Notes: a model not told the origin generated them from the sequence alone. A stretch of 64,000 nucleotides of DNA from an uncultured bacterium (GCA_937967455.1 CALCJK010000009.1:49116-113115); one strand, 5' to 3'. Positions 31,780 through 41,540 are shown, counted from the stretch's first letter. Made by a program: numbers and translations.

Positions 31780-31974
31780 ATGGCAACAATTGAAGCTTTC
31801 GATTCATACTTAAAATATTTTGAACCTTATGATAATTCAGAATTAAGAGATTTTATAGAAATGCATAGGAATATCTTTTTGGAATTGCAAACTGAAGATG
31901 AACAGGCACGTTACTTTGAGTATTTTATAAAGGAGCTCAATTTGTTTTTTAAAGATAGGATAAATAAACAATGA
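31780..31974 (+). CDS. Small acidic hypothetical protein coupled to the Rrf2 gene
   Basis: 64 aa; ATGA overlap with the downstream Rrf2 start. Confidence 0.55.
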   Translation: MATIEAFDSYLKYFEPYDNSELRDFIEMHRNIFLELQTEDEQARYFEYFIKELNLFFKDRINKQ

Positions 31975-32396
31975 GTTTAATATTTAGCCGACAATGTGAG
32001 TATGCAATTCAAGCTTTGATATATTTAGCAAAGCAGCCGCCTGAGAATTGGATATCTATTAAAGAAATTGCAAAAAAGCTTAAGATTCCACAACACTTTT
32101 TAGGTAAAATAATGCAGTCGTTATCGGCGATGGGATTATTACAATCCCAAAAAGGACTTTTTGGTGGATTCGGACTTGCAAAATCTGCTAAACAGATTTT
32201 TATCTACGACATAGTAGAAGCTATTGACGGAGATGTTTATAGAAGGGAGTGTGTTCTGGGTTTCCCGAATTGTTCAGAAAAATCTCCATGTCCTGTTCAC
32301 GATGAATGGAAAGACTTGAGAAACGGAATAGTAGAAATGATTAAAAAGAAGAGTTTATATGATATGTCTGAAGAAATTTTAAAACCGGGTTATTAA
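31971..32396 (+). CDS. Rrf2 family Fe-S transcriptional regulator
   Basis: EYAIQAL, SQKGLFGGF, C-x6-C-x5-C-x2-H. Confidence 0.93.
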   Translation: MSLIFSRQCEYAIQALIYLAKQPPENWISIKEIAKKLKIPQHFLGKIMQSLSAMGLLQSQKGLFGGFGLAKSAKQIFIYDIVEAIDGDVYRRECVLGFPNCSEKSPCPVHDEWKDLRNGIVEMIKKKSLYDMSEEILKPGY

Positions 32397-32422
32397 TTTT
32401 AATAAAATTTTTTTATAAAAAG

Positions 32423-32440
32423 TAAGATAGAATTGTCTGA
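32423..32440. promoter_or_regulatory. Putative Rrf2-type operator 2
   Basis: TAAGAT-N6-GTCTGA, 10/12 match to operator 1, 8 bp before the next start codon. Confidence 0.5.
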
Positions 32441-32448
32441 TTAACAAT

Positions 32449-33648
32449 ATGACATTTCGTGAAAATATTGGCAACGAACAAAATGGAATAGAAGAATTCC
32501 ATTTAGAGGAAAAACCTGCTCAGGTAAGTACAAAAAAAATTCCGCCTGAGTTACGCAAGTCAAGAATTAACTATTATTCTGAGCCTAATGTTATAAAACG
32601 ATTTTTTTGGCGGCTAAAGGAAGATTCACAATATTTCCGTCTTTTGATGCAAATTACATTTGCTTTGCTTGTTATCTGGATTGGTGTAGAGTTCTATTTA
32701 TTTGTAAAATGGGGTGAAAGTGGTGGTCAGCTGCCGTTTTACGGACGACCACCAGGCGTTGAAGGCTTTTTACCTATTAGTGCCTTAATAAGTTTAAAGT
32801 ATTGGATAAAAACTGGTATAATAAATGATATTCATCCATCAGGATTGTTTATCCTTGTAGCTATATTATTGATAGGCCTATTTTTAAAGAAAAGTTTTTG
32901 TAGTTGGCTTTGTCCAATTGGTTTTATAAGTGAATCATTATGGAATTTCGGAAAAAAGTTATTTGGCAAAAATATCACTTTACCGCGTTTATTAGATATT
33001 CCATTGCGTTCATTAAAATATTTACTGCTTGGATTTTTCATCTGGGCTATATTCTGGACAATGGATACACAAACCCTCAAAGCATTTATTTACAGCCCTT
33101 ATAATAAAATGGCTGATGTAAAAATGTATTATTTTTTTGCAAAAATATCACAATTTGCATTGTGGACTATCATAATTTTAGTTTTGCTGTCTGTTTTTAT
33201 AAAAAATTTTTGGTGCAGATATTTGTGCCCATACGGGGCTCTTTTAGGAATCTTGGGTTTACTTAGTCCTATTAAAATAAAACGCAATACTAAATATTGT
33301 ATCGATTGCAAATTGTGTACAAAAGCCTGTCCATCAAATATTAAAGTTCACAAAGTTAAAACTATCTGGAGCGATGAATGTACAAGTTGTTTAGAATGTG
33401 TACAAGCTTGTCCAGTAAAAAATACTCTGGAGCTAAAAACTTACATAACTAAAACACGAGTGCAGAATTGGGTATTTGCTACACTCATAATAGGTTTATT
33501 TGTTGCTATAACAGGACTTGCAATGATAACAGGTCATTGGCAAAATAAAATATCCAAGGAGGAGTACTTAAAGCGTTTCAAAGAATTGGATAAACCACTA
33601 TATCAACATAATGGTGGCAGGGTTCCAGAATACGGAGAAAATGATTGA
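32449..33648 (+). CDS. Membrane 4Fe-4S polyferredoxin (YccM/NapH-like)
   Basis: Two CxxxCP motifs (CSWLCP, CRYLCP), two CxxCxxCxxxCP, several TM. Confidence 0.9.
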   Translation: MTFRENIGNEQNGIEEFHLEEKPAQVSTKKIPPELRKSRINYYSEPNVIKRFFWRLKEDSQYFRLLMQITFALLVIWIGVEFYLFVKWGESGGQLPFYGRPPGVEGFLPISALISLKYWIKTGIINDIHPSGLFILVAILLIGLFLKKSFCSWLCPIGFISESLWNFGKKLFGKNITLPRLLDIPLRSLKYLLLGFFIWAIFWTMDTQTLKAFIYSPYNKMADVKMYYFFAKISQFALWTIIILVLLSVFIKNFWCRYLCPYGALLGILGLLSPIKIKRNTKYCIDCKLCTKACPSNIKVHKVKTIWSDECTSCLECVQACPVKNTLELKTYITKTRVQNWVFATLIIGLFVAITGLAMITGHWQNKISKEEYLKRFKELDKPLYQHNGGRVPEYGEND

Positions 33649-33693
33649 GCATGGAATTTTTTAAAAAATGAAAAATTAAGTGAGTATAAGAGA

Positions 33694-33861
33694 ATGGTAA
33701 AAAGAAAAATAATTAAAATAGATGAATCGCTTTGTAATGGTTATGCTTTGTGTTTCCCATCGTATCCTGAAAGCACACTCCAGATAATTAACGTTAAAGC
33801 AAAGCTTGTGAAAGAAAGTTATTATGACGGACTCTGTACTTGCTTAGGAGATCGCCCCTGA
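33694..33861 (+). pseudogene. Decayed 2x[4Fe-4S] ferredoxin
   Basis: MVKRKIIKIDESLCNGYALCFPSYPESTLQIINVKAKLVKESYYDGLCTCLGDRP*; cluster Cys replaced by Y/Y/Y/R and early stop. Confidence 0.75.
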
Positions 33862-34074
33862 AACGTTCTCTCATTTCAGGTTTAATTTAAGACAAGAATA
33901 TGTTTAGCAGGAAACTGAAATTTTATGTGGGAAAATATAGGACAGGATTTTGCTCAATTTATGTGATTTATTTTTATCTCAGTGTGCAATTGTTAAATGT
34001 TTTCTCATGTAAGTCTAAAATATTCAATTTAAAAATCAATTTATTGAAACAACAAAATTAATAAAGGAGGATTT

Positions 34075-35328
34075 ATGAAGAATTTATCTTACAAATTATT
34101 AATCACAGTTCTTTTAATTTTCTCGTGTATCATCGTTGCATCAGCTCAGACCTGCATCGAGTGTCATAAGCGATACACACCGAATATAGTCGAAGACTGG
34201 GAATTAAGTAAACATAGTCAGAGCGATGTTATGTGTTCTACCTGTCATGGTGAAAATCACAACTCGTTAACTACAGTAGGACTTGCGAAGATACCTACAC
34301 CTGAAAAATGTGCAGAATGTCATGAAGAGAAAGTTGAACAATATAAAAAAGGAAAACATGCATATGCCTGGGCGGCAATGAAAGCAATGCCAACTGCACA
34401 TCTGCAACCTATGGCATTGATGGAAGGAATGAAGGGCTGTGGTGGGTGCCATAAAATTGGTGCAAAGACTGAAGCTGAAATCAAGGAATTGAAAAAAGAT
34501 GGAGCGGGTTTCGGCGTTGCTTCCTGTGATGCTTGCCACACTCGTCATATCTTTTCAGTGCAGGAGGCAAAACAACCGCAAGCTTGCCAGACCTGCCATA
34601 TGGGTTTTGATCATCCACAATGGGAAATGTATTCTTCATCAAAGCATGGTGTCCGGTATTTACTTAAACAAACTAAAATTTTACCAGAAAATGCTTCGGC
34701 TCCAACATGTCAAACATGCCATATGCAGGAAGGTAACCACGAAGTACGAACTGCGTGGGGTTTCCTGGCTGTACGTTTACCTATGCCAGAAGATAAACAA
34801 TGGAAAGAGGATCGCACAACAATCTTACAAGCTTTAAATGTACTTGACCCTCAGGGAAATCCAACACCGCGTTTGGATGTTGTTAAAACTGCTGATGTAG
34901 TTCGGCTTTCGCAAACAGATTGGCAGAGAGAGCGAGATAAAATGATAAAAACCTGCAACCAGTGTCATTCAGTTAATTTTGTTAAAAATGAATTAGAAAA
35001 GGGAGATAAAATGATTAAAGAAGCTGACCATTTGATGGCAAAAGCAATTCGAATTGTGGCGGATTTATACAAAGATGGCATAATTAAAAAACCCAAAAAC
35101 TATGCTTATAACTTCCCTGATTTGCTGACTTTTCACGATGCACCAACAGAGATTGAACAGAAATTGTTTGTTATGTTTCTTGAGCATAGGATGCGGGCAT
35201 TTCAGGGAACATTTCACGCTAATCCGGATTATGCATTATGGTATGGTTGGAGCGAAATGCAGAGAAGTTTGACAGAAATTAAGAACCTCGCCACCGATAT
35301 GCGAGAAAAAGTAAAAAAATATAAGTGA
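34075..35328 (+). CDS. Periplasmic octaheme cytochrome c, hydroxylamine oxidoreductase (HAO) family
   Basis: Signal peptide, 8 CxxCH, HAO-type CDACHTRHIFS..CQTCHMGFDH..YSSSKHG and HANPDY..GW. Confidence 0.88.
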   Translation: MKNLSYKLLITVLLIFSCIIVASAQTCIECHKRYTPNIVEDWELSKHSQSDVMCSTCHGENHNSLTTVGLAKIPTPEKCAECHEEKVEQYKKGKHAYAWAAMKAMPTAHLQPMALMEGMKGCGGCHKIGAKTEAEIKELKKDGAGFGVASCDACHTRHIFSVQEAKQPQACQTCHMGFDHPQWEMYSSSKHGVRYLLKQTKILPENASAPTCQTCHMQEGNHEVRTAWGFLAVRLPMPEDKQWKEDRTTILQALNVLDPQGNPTPRLDVVKTADVVRLSQTDWQRERDKMIKTCNQCHSVNFVKNELEKGDKMIKEADHLMAKAIRIVADLYKDGIIKKPKNYAYNFPDLLTFHDAPTEIEQKLFVMFLEHRMRAFQGTFHANPDYALWYGWSEMQRSLTEIKNLATDMREKVKKYK

Positions 35329-35776
35329 CATGATGTTAATTAACAAGAGGGAGTGTAACTTTTTTACTCCCCAGTTATCAATAGAAATAAGTAAATTATT
35401 TTCAGTTTTTTCAAGTTTTAAAAATATTTTACCATTTTAATTCTTAACCATCTTTGTCCATATAATGCATTACTTGGTGTTTTAAGGTTGTTAAGCCCTA
35501 TAAAAATTTTCTTAATACAAAAACCTGTATTGAGTGTGAAATATATACAAAATCTGTCTGAATGATATTATGGTACATAAACAAAAATAAGTACTTAATC
35601 TTAAATAAAAATAAGTGGTGCGATAAAACTTGCAGTGTACAAGTCGATAGCTGAATATAAATGAATGAATAACAAAATCATTATTATCTGCAATGTGAGA
35701 CTTATCGCACTTTAATTTTCTCAAAATTACAAAATCGATGTATCTAAAATACTGCTAAAAGTTTTCATTTAAGCTT

Positions 35777-35820
35777 CTTAACAATTTCTTAACATTTACA
35801 TAATTATTTCGTAATATTCC
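35777..35820 (+). promoter_or_regulatory. Pho-box-like array
   Basis: Four units at exact 11-bp spacing: CTTAACAATTT, CTTAACATTTA, CATAATTATTT, CGTAATATTCC, upstream of pstS. Confidence 0.65.
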
Positions 35821-35861
35821 TTTTTTATATTTATGAATAATAATAAATAGGAAAATGGTTA

Positions 35862-36689
35862 ATGATGCAAAAACTGCTCATTTTAATAATCGCAACTTTT
35901 ATATTCTTTGGTTTCATTCAGAAAGGTGAAACCATTACGGTGAAAGGTTCTGACACGATGGTGATCCTTGCTCAAAGATGGGCAGAGGTGTATATGTCGA
36001 AACACCCAAATGTTACAATTCAAGTGACAGGTGGGGGTTCAGGTACAGGAATTTCTGCACTTATAAACGGGACGACAGATATTTGTAATTCATCTCGCCC
36101 TATTAAACCATCAGAACGCCAGAAGCTAAAAGAAAAATACGGGGTTGGCGGTATTGAAATAAAATGTGCTCTGGATGGTCTTTCAATCTATGTCCATGAA
36201 TCAAACCCAGTTGATTCACTGACTATTGAGCAAGTGCGAAATATTTTCAAAGGAGTTATCACAAATTGGAAAGATGTTGGTGGACTTGATGCAAAAATTA
36301 TTTTGTATAGCCGTGAAAATAACTCTGGTACATATGTTTACTTTAAGGATGAAGTTTTATTGGGAGAGGATTTCTCACCAAAAACTCAACATATGCCAGG
36401 AACTGCAGCAGTCGTAAATGCTGTGTCGAAAGATAAATTCGCCATTGGTTATGGTGGCGCCGCATACGGAAAAGGAATCAAGGAGTTGAAGATAAAAAAA
36501 GATGCATCATCCCCTGCATATTATCCATCAATAGAAAATATTAAAAACGGGAATTATCCAATATCTCGTTATTTGTATATGTACCTACGAAATAAACCTA
36601 CAGGTGTATTGAAGGAGTATATTGATTGGATTTTGAGTTCTGAAGGTCAAGAGATTGTTTCGAAGGTTGGGTATTTTCCGCTGAAATAA
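35862..36689 (+). CDS. pstS: Phosphate ABC transporter substrate-binding protein
   Basis: KGSDTM, GGGSGTG, SRENNSGT, YPISRYLY. Confidence 0.95.
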   Translation: MMQKLLILIIATFIFFGFIQKGETITVKGSDTMVILAQRWAEVYMSKHPNVTIQVTGGGSGTGISALINGTTDICNSSRPIKPSERQKLKEKYGVGGIEIKCALDGLSIYVHESNPVDSLTIEQVRNIFKGVITNWKDVGGLDAKIILYSRENNSGTYVYFKDEVLLGEDFSPKTQHMPGTAAVVNAVSKDKFAIGYGGAAYGKGIKELKIKKDASSPAYYPSIENIKNGNYPISRYLYMYLRNKPTGVLKEYIDWILSSEGQEIVSKVGYFPLK

Positions 36690-37843
36690 TGTTCAAAATC
36701 CATTCAAAAAAGTCGAATGCGTCCAATATGAATGCATTAGGCTCGGTAGAGACATCGGAGAATAGACAAACCGAAATTAATTCTCATAATATAGGCGAAA
36801 AAAAATACGGAGGTAATACTCGTTCACTGCTTAGAAAACGATTCAGAATTGGTGAGTTTCTTGTCGAAAAGTTCATCACTGTCGTGGCATTAATCTCTTT
36901 TGTTATGATTATACTCATTTTTGTTTTTGTCTTCCGTGAGGCATCGCCGATATTTTTATCTAAAGAGCAAGATGCCTCAATGGTTATTGAAGAGGAACAA
37001 GAAACATACGGTGAAATTGATGGCACTTTACGTGTGACAACTTCAGGCAAATCCTCGTTGGAAACATCAGGTGGTGAGGGAAAAGGTACACTCAAAAATC
37101 TTATTGGAACAACGTGGCAGCCAATTTCTGAGCAACCAAAGTACGGCTTACTTCCGTTAATTGTTGGAAGTTTCAAAGTTACAATTGTAGCCGTATTATT
37201 TGCAACACCTATTGCGCTCTTAGCAGCGCTTTTTACAGCGATGTTCGCACCTAAATGGGCAAAGGAAGTCCTAAAACCCTCTATTGAAATTTTAGCAGGC
37301 TTTCCTTCTGTTGTTATTGGTTTCTTCGCGCTTATTGTAATGGCAACTGTTTTTCAGAATTTCTTTGGATTTGAGTATCGGTTAAATGCATTTTTAGGTG
37401 GTATCGCTCTTTCTCTCGCAGTTATTCCGATTATTTTTACCGTCACAGAAGATTCGCTTTCACGTGTACCGAAAGTTCTAACCGAAGCTAGTTTTGCACT
37501 CGGTGCAACAAAATGGCAAACTGCTATCTTTGTTGTTTTTCCTGCAGCAACTCCTGGTATCTTTGCTGCTATCCTTTTAGGTATTGGTCGTGCGTTTGGC
37601 GAAACAATGATTGTGATGATGGCAACAGGCAATGCTGCAATTTTTTCTGTGAATTTTTTCGAACCTGTACGAACAATGTCAGCAACAATCGGTGCTGAAA
37701 TGGCAGAAGTAATTTTCGGGGATACGCATTATAACATCCTTTTCCTCATTGGCTCAATCCTTTTTATATTTACATTCACGCTTAACGCTATCGCCGAAGT
37801 GTTCATCCGTCAGCGACTAATGAAACGTTTTCAGGGGTTATGA
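36689..37843 (+). CDS. pstC: Phosphate ABC transporter permease
   Basis: EILAGFPSVVIG, GRAFGETM. Confidence 0.93.
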   Translation: MFKIHSKKSNASNMNALGSVETSENRQTEINSHNIGEKKYGGNTRSLLRKRFRIGEFLVEKFITVVALISFVMIILIFVFVFREASPIFLSKEQDASMVIEEEQETYGEIDGTLRVTTSGKSSLETSGGEGKGTLKNLIGTTWQPISEQPKYGLLPLIVGSFKVTIVAVLFATPIALLAALFTAMFAPKWAKEVLKPSIEILAGFPSVVIGFFALIVMATVFQNFFGFEYRLNAFLGGIALSLAVIPIIFTVTEDSLSRVPKVLTEASFALGATKWQTAIFVVFPAATPGIFAAILLGIGRAFGETMIVMMATGNAAIFSVNFFEPVRTMSATIGAEMAEVIFGDTHYNILFLIGSILFIFTFTLNAIAEVFIRQRLMKRFQGL

Positions 37844-38745
37844 TGACGAGAAAGATACTAATTGGAAATTCTGTTATTGGTATCTCAGCTATGAGTGCAT
37901 TAATTATTGTCTTAGCTGTACTTATCATCATGGTAGATATTGTTGTTGGAGGTTGGAGTACATTGTCGTGGGAATTTTTAATTGGCGAACCGAAAGAAGG
38001 GATGACAGAAGGTGGGATCTTCCCTGCAATCTTTGGAACTTTCTTGCTTGTTATCATTATGTCAATTGCTGGCCTTCCTGTTGGTACAATAACTGCTATT
38101 TACCTAAGCGAGTATGCCAGTCAACAATCTATTCTCCCTCGAATAATTAGATTCGCAGTGAACACGCTTGCTGGTGTACCTGCTATTGTTTTTGGTTTAT
38201 TCGGATTAGGATTTTTCATTCAATTTGTCGGAAATGGACTGGATAAACTTTTCACTGGAGGAATCGAATTAAAATGGGGACAACCGAACATTCTATGGGC
38301 GAGCATGACTATGGCATTGCTAACACTTCCTGTTGTAATTGTTTCTGTTGAGGAAGCAATTAGAGCTATACCACGAGAACAACGTGAAGCAAGTCTGGCA
38401 CTCGGTGCAACAAAGTGGCAAACAATATGGAAAGTCGTTCTACCACATTCATTTACAGGAATCTTGACGGGTGGTATTCTAGCCGTAAGTCGCGGTGCTG
38501 GAGAAGTTGCACCAATTCTGTTTACCGGTGCAGCATACTTTTTACCGAAACTTCCTAATTCACTCTCTGATCAATTTATGGAACTTGGTTATCATATTTA
38601 TATTATGTCCACACAATCACCAGATGTAGAGGCAACGCGGGGGATTCAGTATGCTACAACGCTTGTATTATTGCTTTTAACGTTTACATTAAATTTCTCA
38701 GCAATATTTTTGCGTTATAAAATCCGTAAAACATCCACACTTTAA
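37840..38745 (+). CDS. pstA: Phosphate ABC transporter permease
   Basis: [26 protein letters not shown]. Confidence 0.94.
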   Translation: MMTRKILIGNSVIGISAMSALIIVLAVLIIMVDIVVGGWSTLSWEFLIGEPKEGMTEGGIFPAIFGTFLLVIIMSIAGLPVGTITAIYLSEYASQQSILPRIIRFAVNTLAGVPAIVFGLFGLGFFIQFVGNGLDKLFTGGIELKWGQPNILWASMTMALLTLPVVIVSVEEAIRAIPREQREASLALGATKWQTIWKVVLPHSFTGILTGGILAVSRGAGEVAPILFTGAAYFLPKLPNSLSDQFMELGYHIYIMSTQSPDVEATRGIQYATTLVLLLLTFTLNFSAIFLRYKIRKTSTL

Positions 38746-38747
38746 GC

Positions 38748-39512
38748 ATGGAAAAAGATTATCCTAAAATTCAAACTGTTGGTCTAAGCCTATTTTATGG
38801 CACTAAGCAAGCGCTCCACAATGTTTCAATTAAAATCCCTTCGCATCACGTTACTGCACTAATTGGTCCATCAGGTTGTGGCAAATCCACTTTCCTTCGT
38901 TCACTAAATCGAATGAACGATTTGATTGAGGATGTTCGGATTGAAGGTAAAGTAGAGATCGATCAAATCGATATTTATAATGGTTCCATTGACGTTGTTG
39001 AACTACGAAAAAAAGTTGGAATGATCTTTCAGAAATCGAACCCTTTCCCTAAATCGATTTACGACAATGTTGCATACGGACCTCGTATCAACGGAATCAA
39101 AGATAAAAGAATACTAGATGATATTGTGGAACGTAGCTTGCGCCGTGCAGCACTATGGGATGAAGTTAAAGATGATTTGAAAAAGAGTGGATTAGCTCTC
39201 TCAGGTGGACAGCAACAGAGATTATGCATTGCTAGGGCACTTGCTGTTGATCCAGAAATTCTTCTGATGGATGAGCCTGCTAGCGCCCTTGATCCTATTG
39301 CCACATCGAAGATAGAGGAGTTGATCTATGAGTTAAAAGAAAACTACACCATTGTCATTGTAACTCATAATATGCAACAAGCAGCACGTGTTAGTGATTT
39401 TACTGCATTCTTTTATCTCGGAGAATTAATTGAGTTTGATGAAACAAAACGACTGTTTACCTCTCCAGCAAAGAAACAAACTGAAGATTATATTACAGGA
39501 AGATTTGGATGA
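38748..39512 (+). CDS. pstB: Phosphate ABC transporter ATPase
   Basis: [30 protein letters not shown]. Confidence 0.97.
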   Translation: MEKDYPKIQTVGLSLFYGTKQALHNVSIKIPSHHVTALIGPSGCGKSTFLRSLNRMNDLIEDVRIEGKVEIDQIDIYNGSIDVVELRKKVGMIFQKSNPFPKSIYDNVAYGPRINGIKDKRILDDIVERSLRRAALWDEVKDDLKKSGLALSGGQQQRLCIARALAVDPEILLMDEPASALDPIATSKIEELIYELKENYTIVIVTHNMQQAARVSDFTAFFYLGELIEFDETKRLFTSPAKKQTEDYITGRFG

Positions 39513-39581
39513 CAAAAAAAATACTAACAGTAAAAAATTATAGCTATTTTACAGATCTATTTTTTAATTTTGAGTTGATTT

Positions 39582-40280
39582 ATGCAACGACATTTTGAAA
39601 AAGAATTAGATAGTTTAAAAACTAATCTGATTAAAATGTGCAGCATTGTCGAGGATGCTATTGGTTCAGCAATAAAAGCTGTTTTAGATGGCGACAAAGA
39701 GTTAGCACAAAGAGTGATTAGTGGTGATCAACGGGTTAATTCGCTTGAGTTAGAGATTGATAATGCCATTATCGACCTTTTAGCTCTTCAGCAGCCTGTT
39801 GCTGTTGACTTACGTTTCATTCTGGCTGCTCAAAAGATTAACAACGATCTCGAAAGAATTGGGGATCACGCTGTCAACATTGCTGAATCAGCGCTAATGC
39901 TAATTAAAACACCGATTCAAGAACCCTTGCTAGAGATACCAAAAATGGCTGAAATTGCACAAACCATGTTGCGTAATGCGATTGAGGGATTTATTTGTTC
40001 AGATCCGCAACTTGGAAAAACCGTCCTCGCACAAGATGATATTATTGATGAACTAAACAAGAAAATGGTGGGAGATGTTATTCAATTAATGAAAACCGAA
40101 AAAAATTTGATTGATGGTGGACTCGAACTAATCCGTGTGAGTCGGAATTTAGAACGTGTTGCAGATTTGGCGACGAATATTGCTGAAGACGTTATTTTTA
40201 TTGCGCAGGCACGTGTTGTTAAACATCATGCTGAAGAAAAGGATTCATCGCCTAAGGAATCATCCTTTCCAGACAGATAA
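39582..40280 (+). CDS. phoU: Phosphate signalling protein PhoU
   Basis: QQPVAVDLR, DLERIGDH, LERVADLATNIAE. Confidence 0.96.
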   Translation: MQRHFEKELDSLKTNLIKMCSIVEDAIGSAIKAVLDGDKELAQRVISGDQRVNSLELEIDNAIIDLLALQQPVAVDLRFILAAQKINNDLERIGDHAVNIAESALMLIKTPIQEPLLEIPKMAEIAQTMLRNAIEGFICSDPQLGKTVLAQDDIIDELNKKMVGDVIQLMKTEKNLIDGGLELIRVSRNLERVADLATNIAEDVIFIAQARVVKHHAEEKDSSPKESSFPDR

Positions 40281-40740
40281 AAAACATTTTGGGCAACCCA
40301 ATATTCTGAATATTCCTGATTCTCAAAAAAACAGTATCAATGCAAGCAACAAAATTCTGACAAGGATTACTGCAAAATTTATAAGAAAAGTTTTTGCGTA
40401 AACTTAAAGTTTGAACAAGCTGATTTCTTTTGTCTATCTCCCAACCTCCTACTATACTTGTAAACTAATTCTTTTCGATTATAACTGAAAGTATTAGAGA
40501 TTTCTGATTAATTTATTCATTATATCATGTCACTTCTTTGTAATTAGACTTGATTATCTAGTATTGTTAGATCGATCTAAAATTAACCAGATTTTGGAAA
40601 AGTATTTTACACAGTTTGGTTTTGTTGTTTCGGAAACATTTATTTTGGAATTGATAATAATTATAATGATAATTTGTACTGAGTGTAATAAGTGAATTAT
40701 GATTTACTTTTAGAATTGAAATCAATTTTCTTAACCCTTT

Positions 40741-40769
40741 TTGCAAGTTTTAACAAATATTTGTATATT
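40741..40769 (+). promoter_or_regulatory. Promoter of tRNA-Asp
   Basis: TTGCAA-17 bp-TATATT. Confidence 0.55.
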
Positions 40770-40784
40770 AATTTAGTAAAATTT

Positions 40785-40858
40785 GGGGTCGTAGTTCAAC
40801 TGGTTAGAGCGCCGCCCTGTCACGGCGGAAGTTGCGAGTTCGAGTCTCGTCGGCCCCG
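40785..40858 (+). tRNA. tRNA-Asp(GTC), CCA not encoded
   Basis: Acceptor GGGGTCG/CGGCCCC, anticodon arm CCGCC-CTGTCAC-GGCGG, T-loop TTCGAGT. Confidence 0.97.
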
Positions 40859-40861
40859 CAG

Positions 40862-40900
40862 AGTCCAGCAATTTTGTAATTAATGCTGGACTTTTTATTT
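40862..40900 (+). terminator. Intrinsic terminator after the tRNA
   Basis: AGTCCAGCA/TGCTGGACT plus T-tract. Confidence 0.75.
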
Positions 40901-40994
40901 AATAGGTTTGAAAACCAAGTTTTTATTACTATATTAAATTAGAAATCTTAAACATAAATAGTTATAAATTTAAATAAAACAAGAAAGGAAATAT

Positions 40995-41516
40995 ATGATA
41001 AAAAAACTTTTTATAATACTATTTTTATCATTACTACTAATAAATGTTACCTATAGTGATGATACTAAAGTAACAAAGTATGGTGATCCTATAAAATATA
41101 AAAAAATCACCCCATTTAAAGATCTGGTTAAGAATCCGGGAAAATACAAAAATAAAGAGGTAGTTATAGAAGGTTTTGTCAATGCAGTATGCCAGACAAA
41201 AGGTTGCTGGATGGAGTTAAAGAATGGAAAAGATAAATTAAGGGTTGAATTTAAAGATTATGCCTTTTTTGTTCCTTATGATTCGAAAGGGAAAAAAGTT
41301 AGAGTCCAGGGTAAAATAGAACGAAGAGAAGTTAAAGAAGAAACACTAAAGCATTGGTTAGAAGAAGCTGGTGAACCAAAATTTAAAATTGATAAGATAA
41401 AAGGCAATCAAAAAGTATTAATATTTACAGCATCTGGGGTTGAAATGGAAGGTGGTAGCGAATTATCTCCAGAACAAATTCAAAAGATACAAAGCGGAAC
41501 ATCTCACGAACATTAA
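40995..41516 (+). CDS. Exported DUF4920-like protein
   Basis: Signal peptide, VCQTKGCWM, FKDYAFFVP. Confidence 0.8.
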   Translation: MIKKLFIILFLSLLLINVTYSDDTKVTKYGDPIKYKKITPFKDLVKNPGKYKNKEVVIEGFVNAVCQTKGCWMELKNGKDKLRVEFKDYAFFVPYDSKGKKVRVQGKIERREVKEETLKHWLEEAGEPKFKIDKIKGNQKVLIFTASGVEMEGGSELSPEQIQKIQSGTSHEH

Positions 41517-41540
41517 TAATTTAATTTAACTAATTTGTGC

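Noticed and set aside
33888-33906. Third Rrf2 operator upstream of the octaheme gene
   Set aside because: Only the TAAGAC half-site matches; the right half is missing at the correct spacing
40692-40883. 63-aa ORF
   Set aside because: Overlaps tRNA-Asp and its promoter
40785-40900. tRNA-anchored integrative element
   Set aside because: No integrase and no duplicated tRNA 3' end seen in the window
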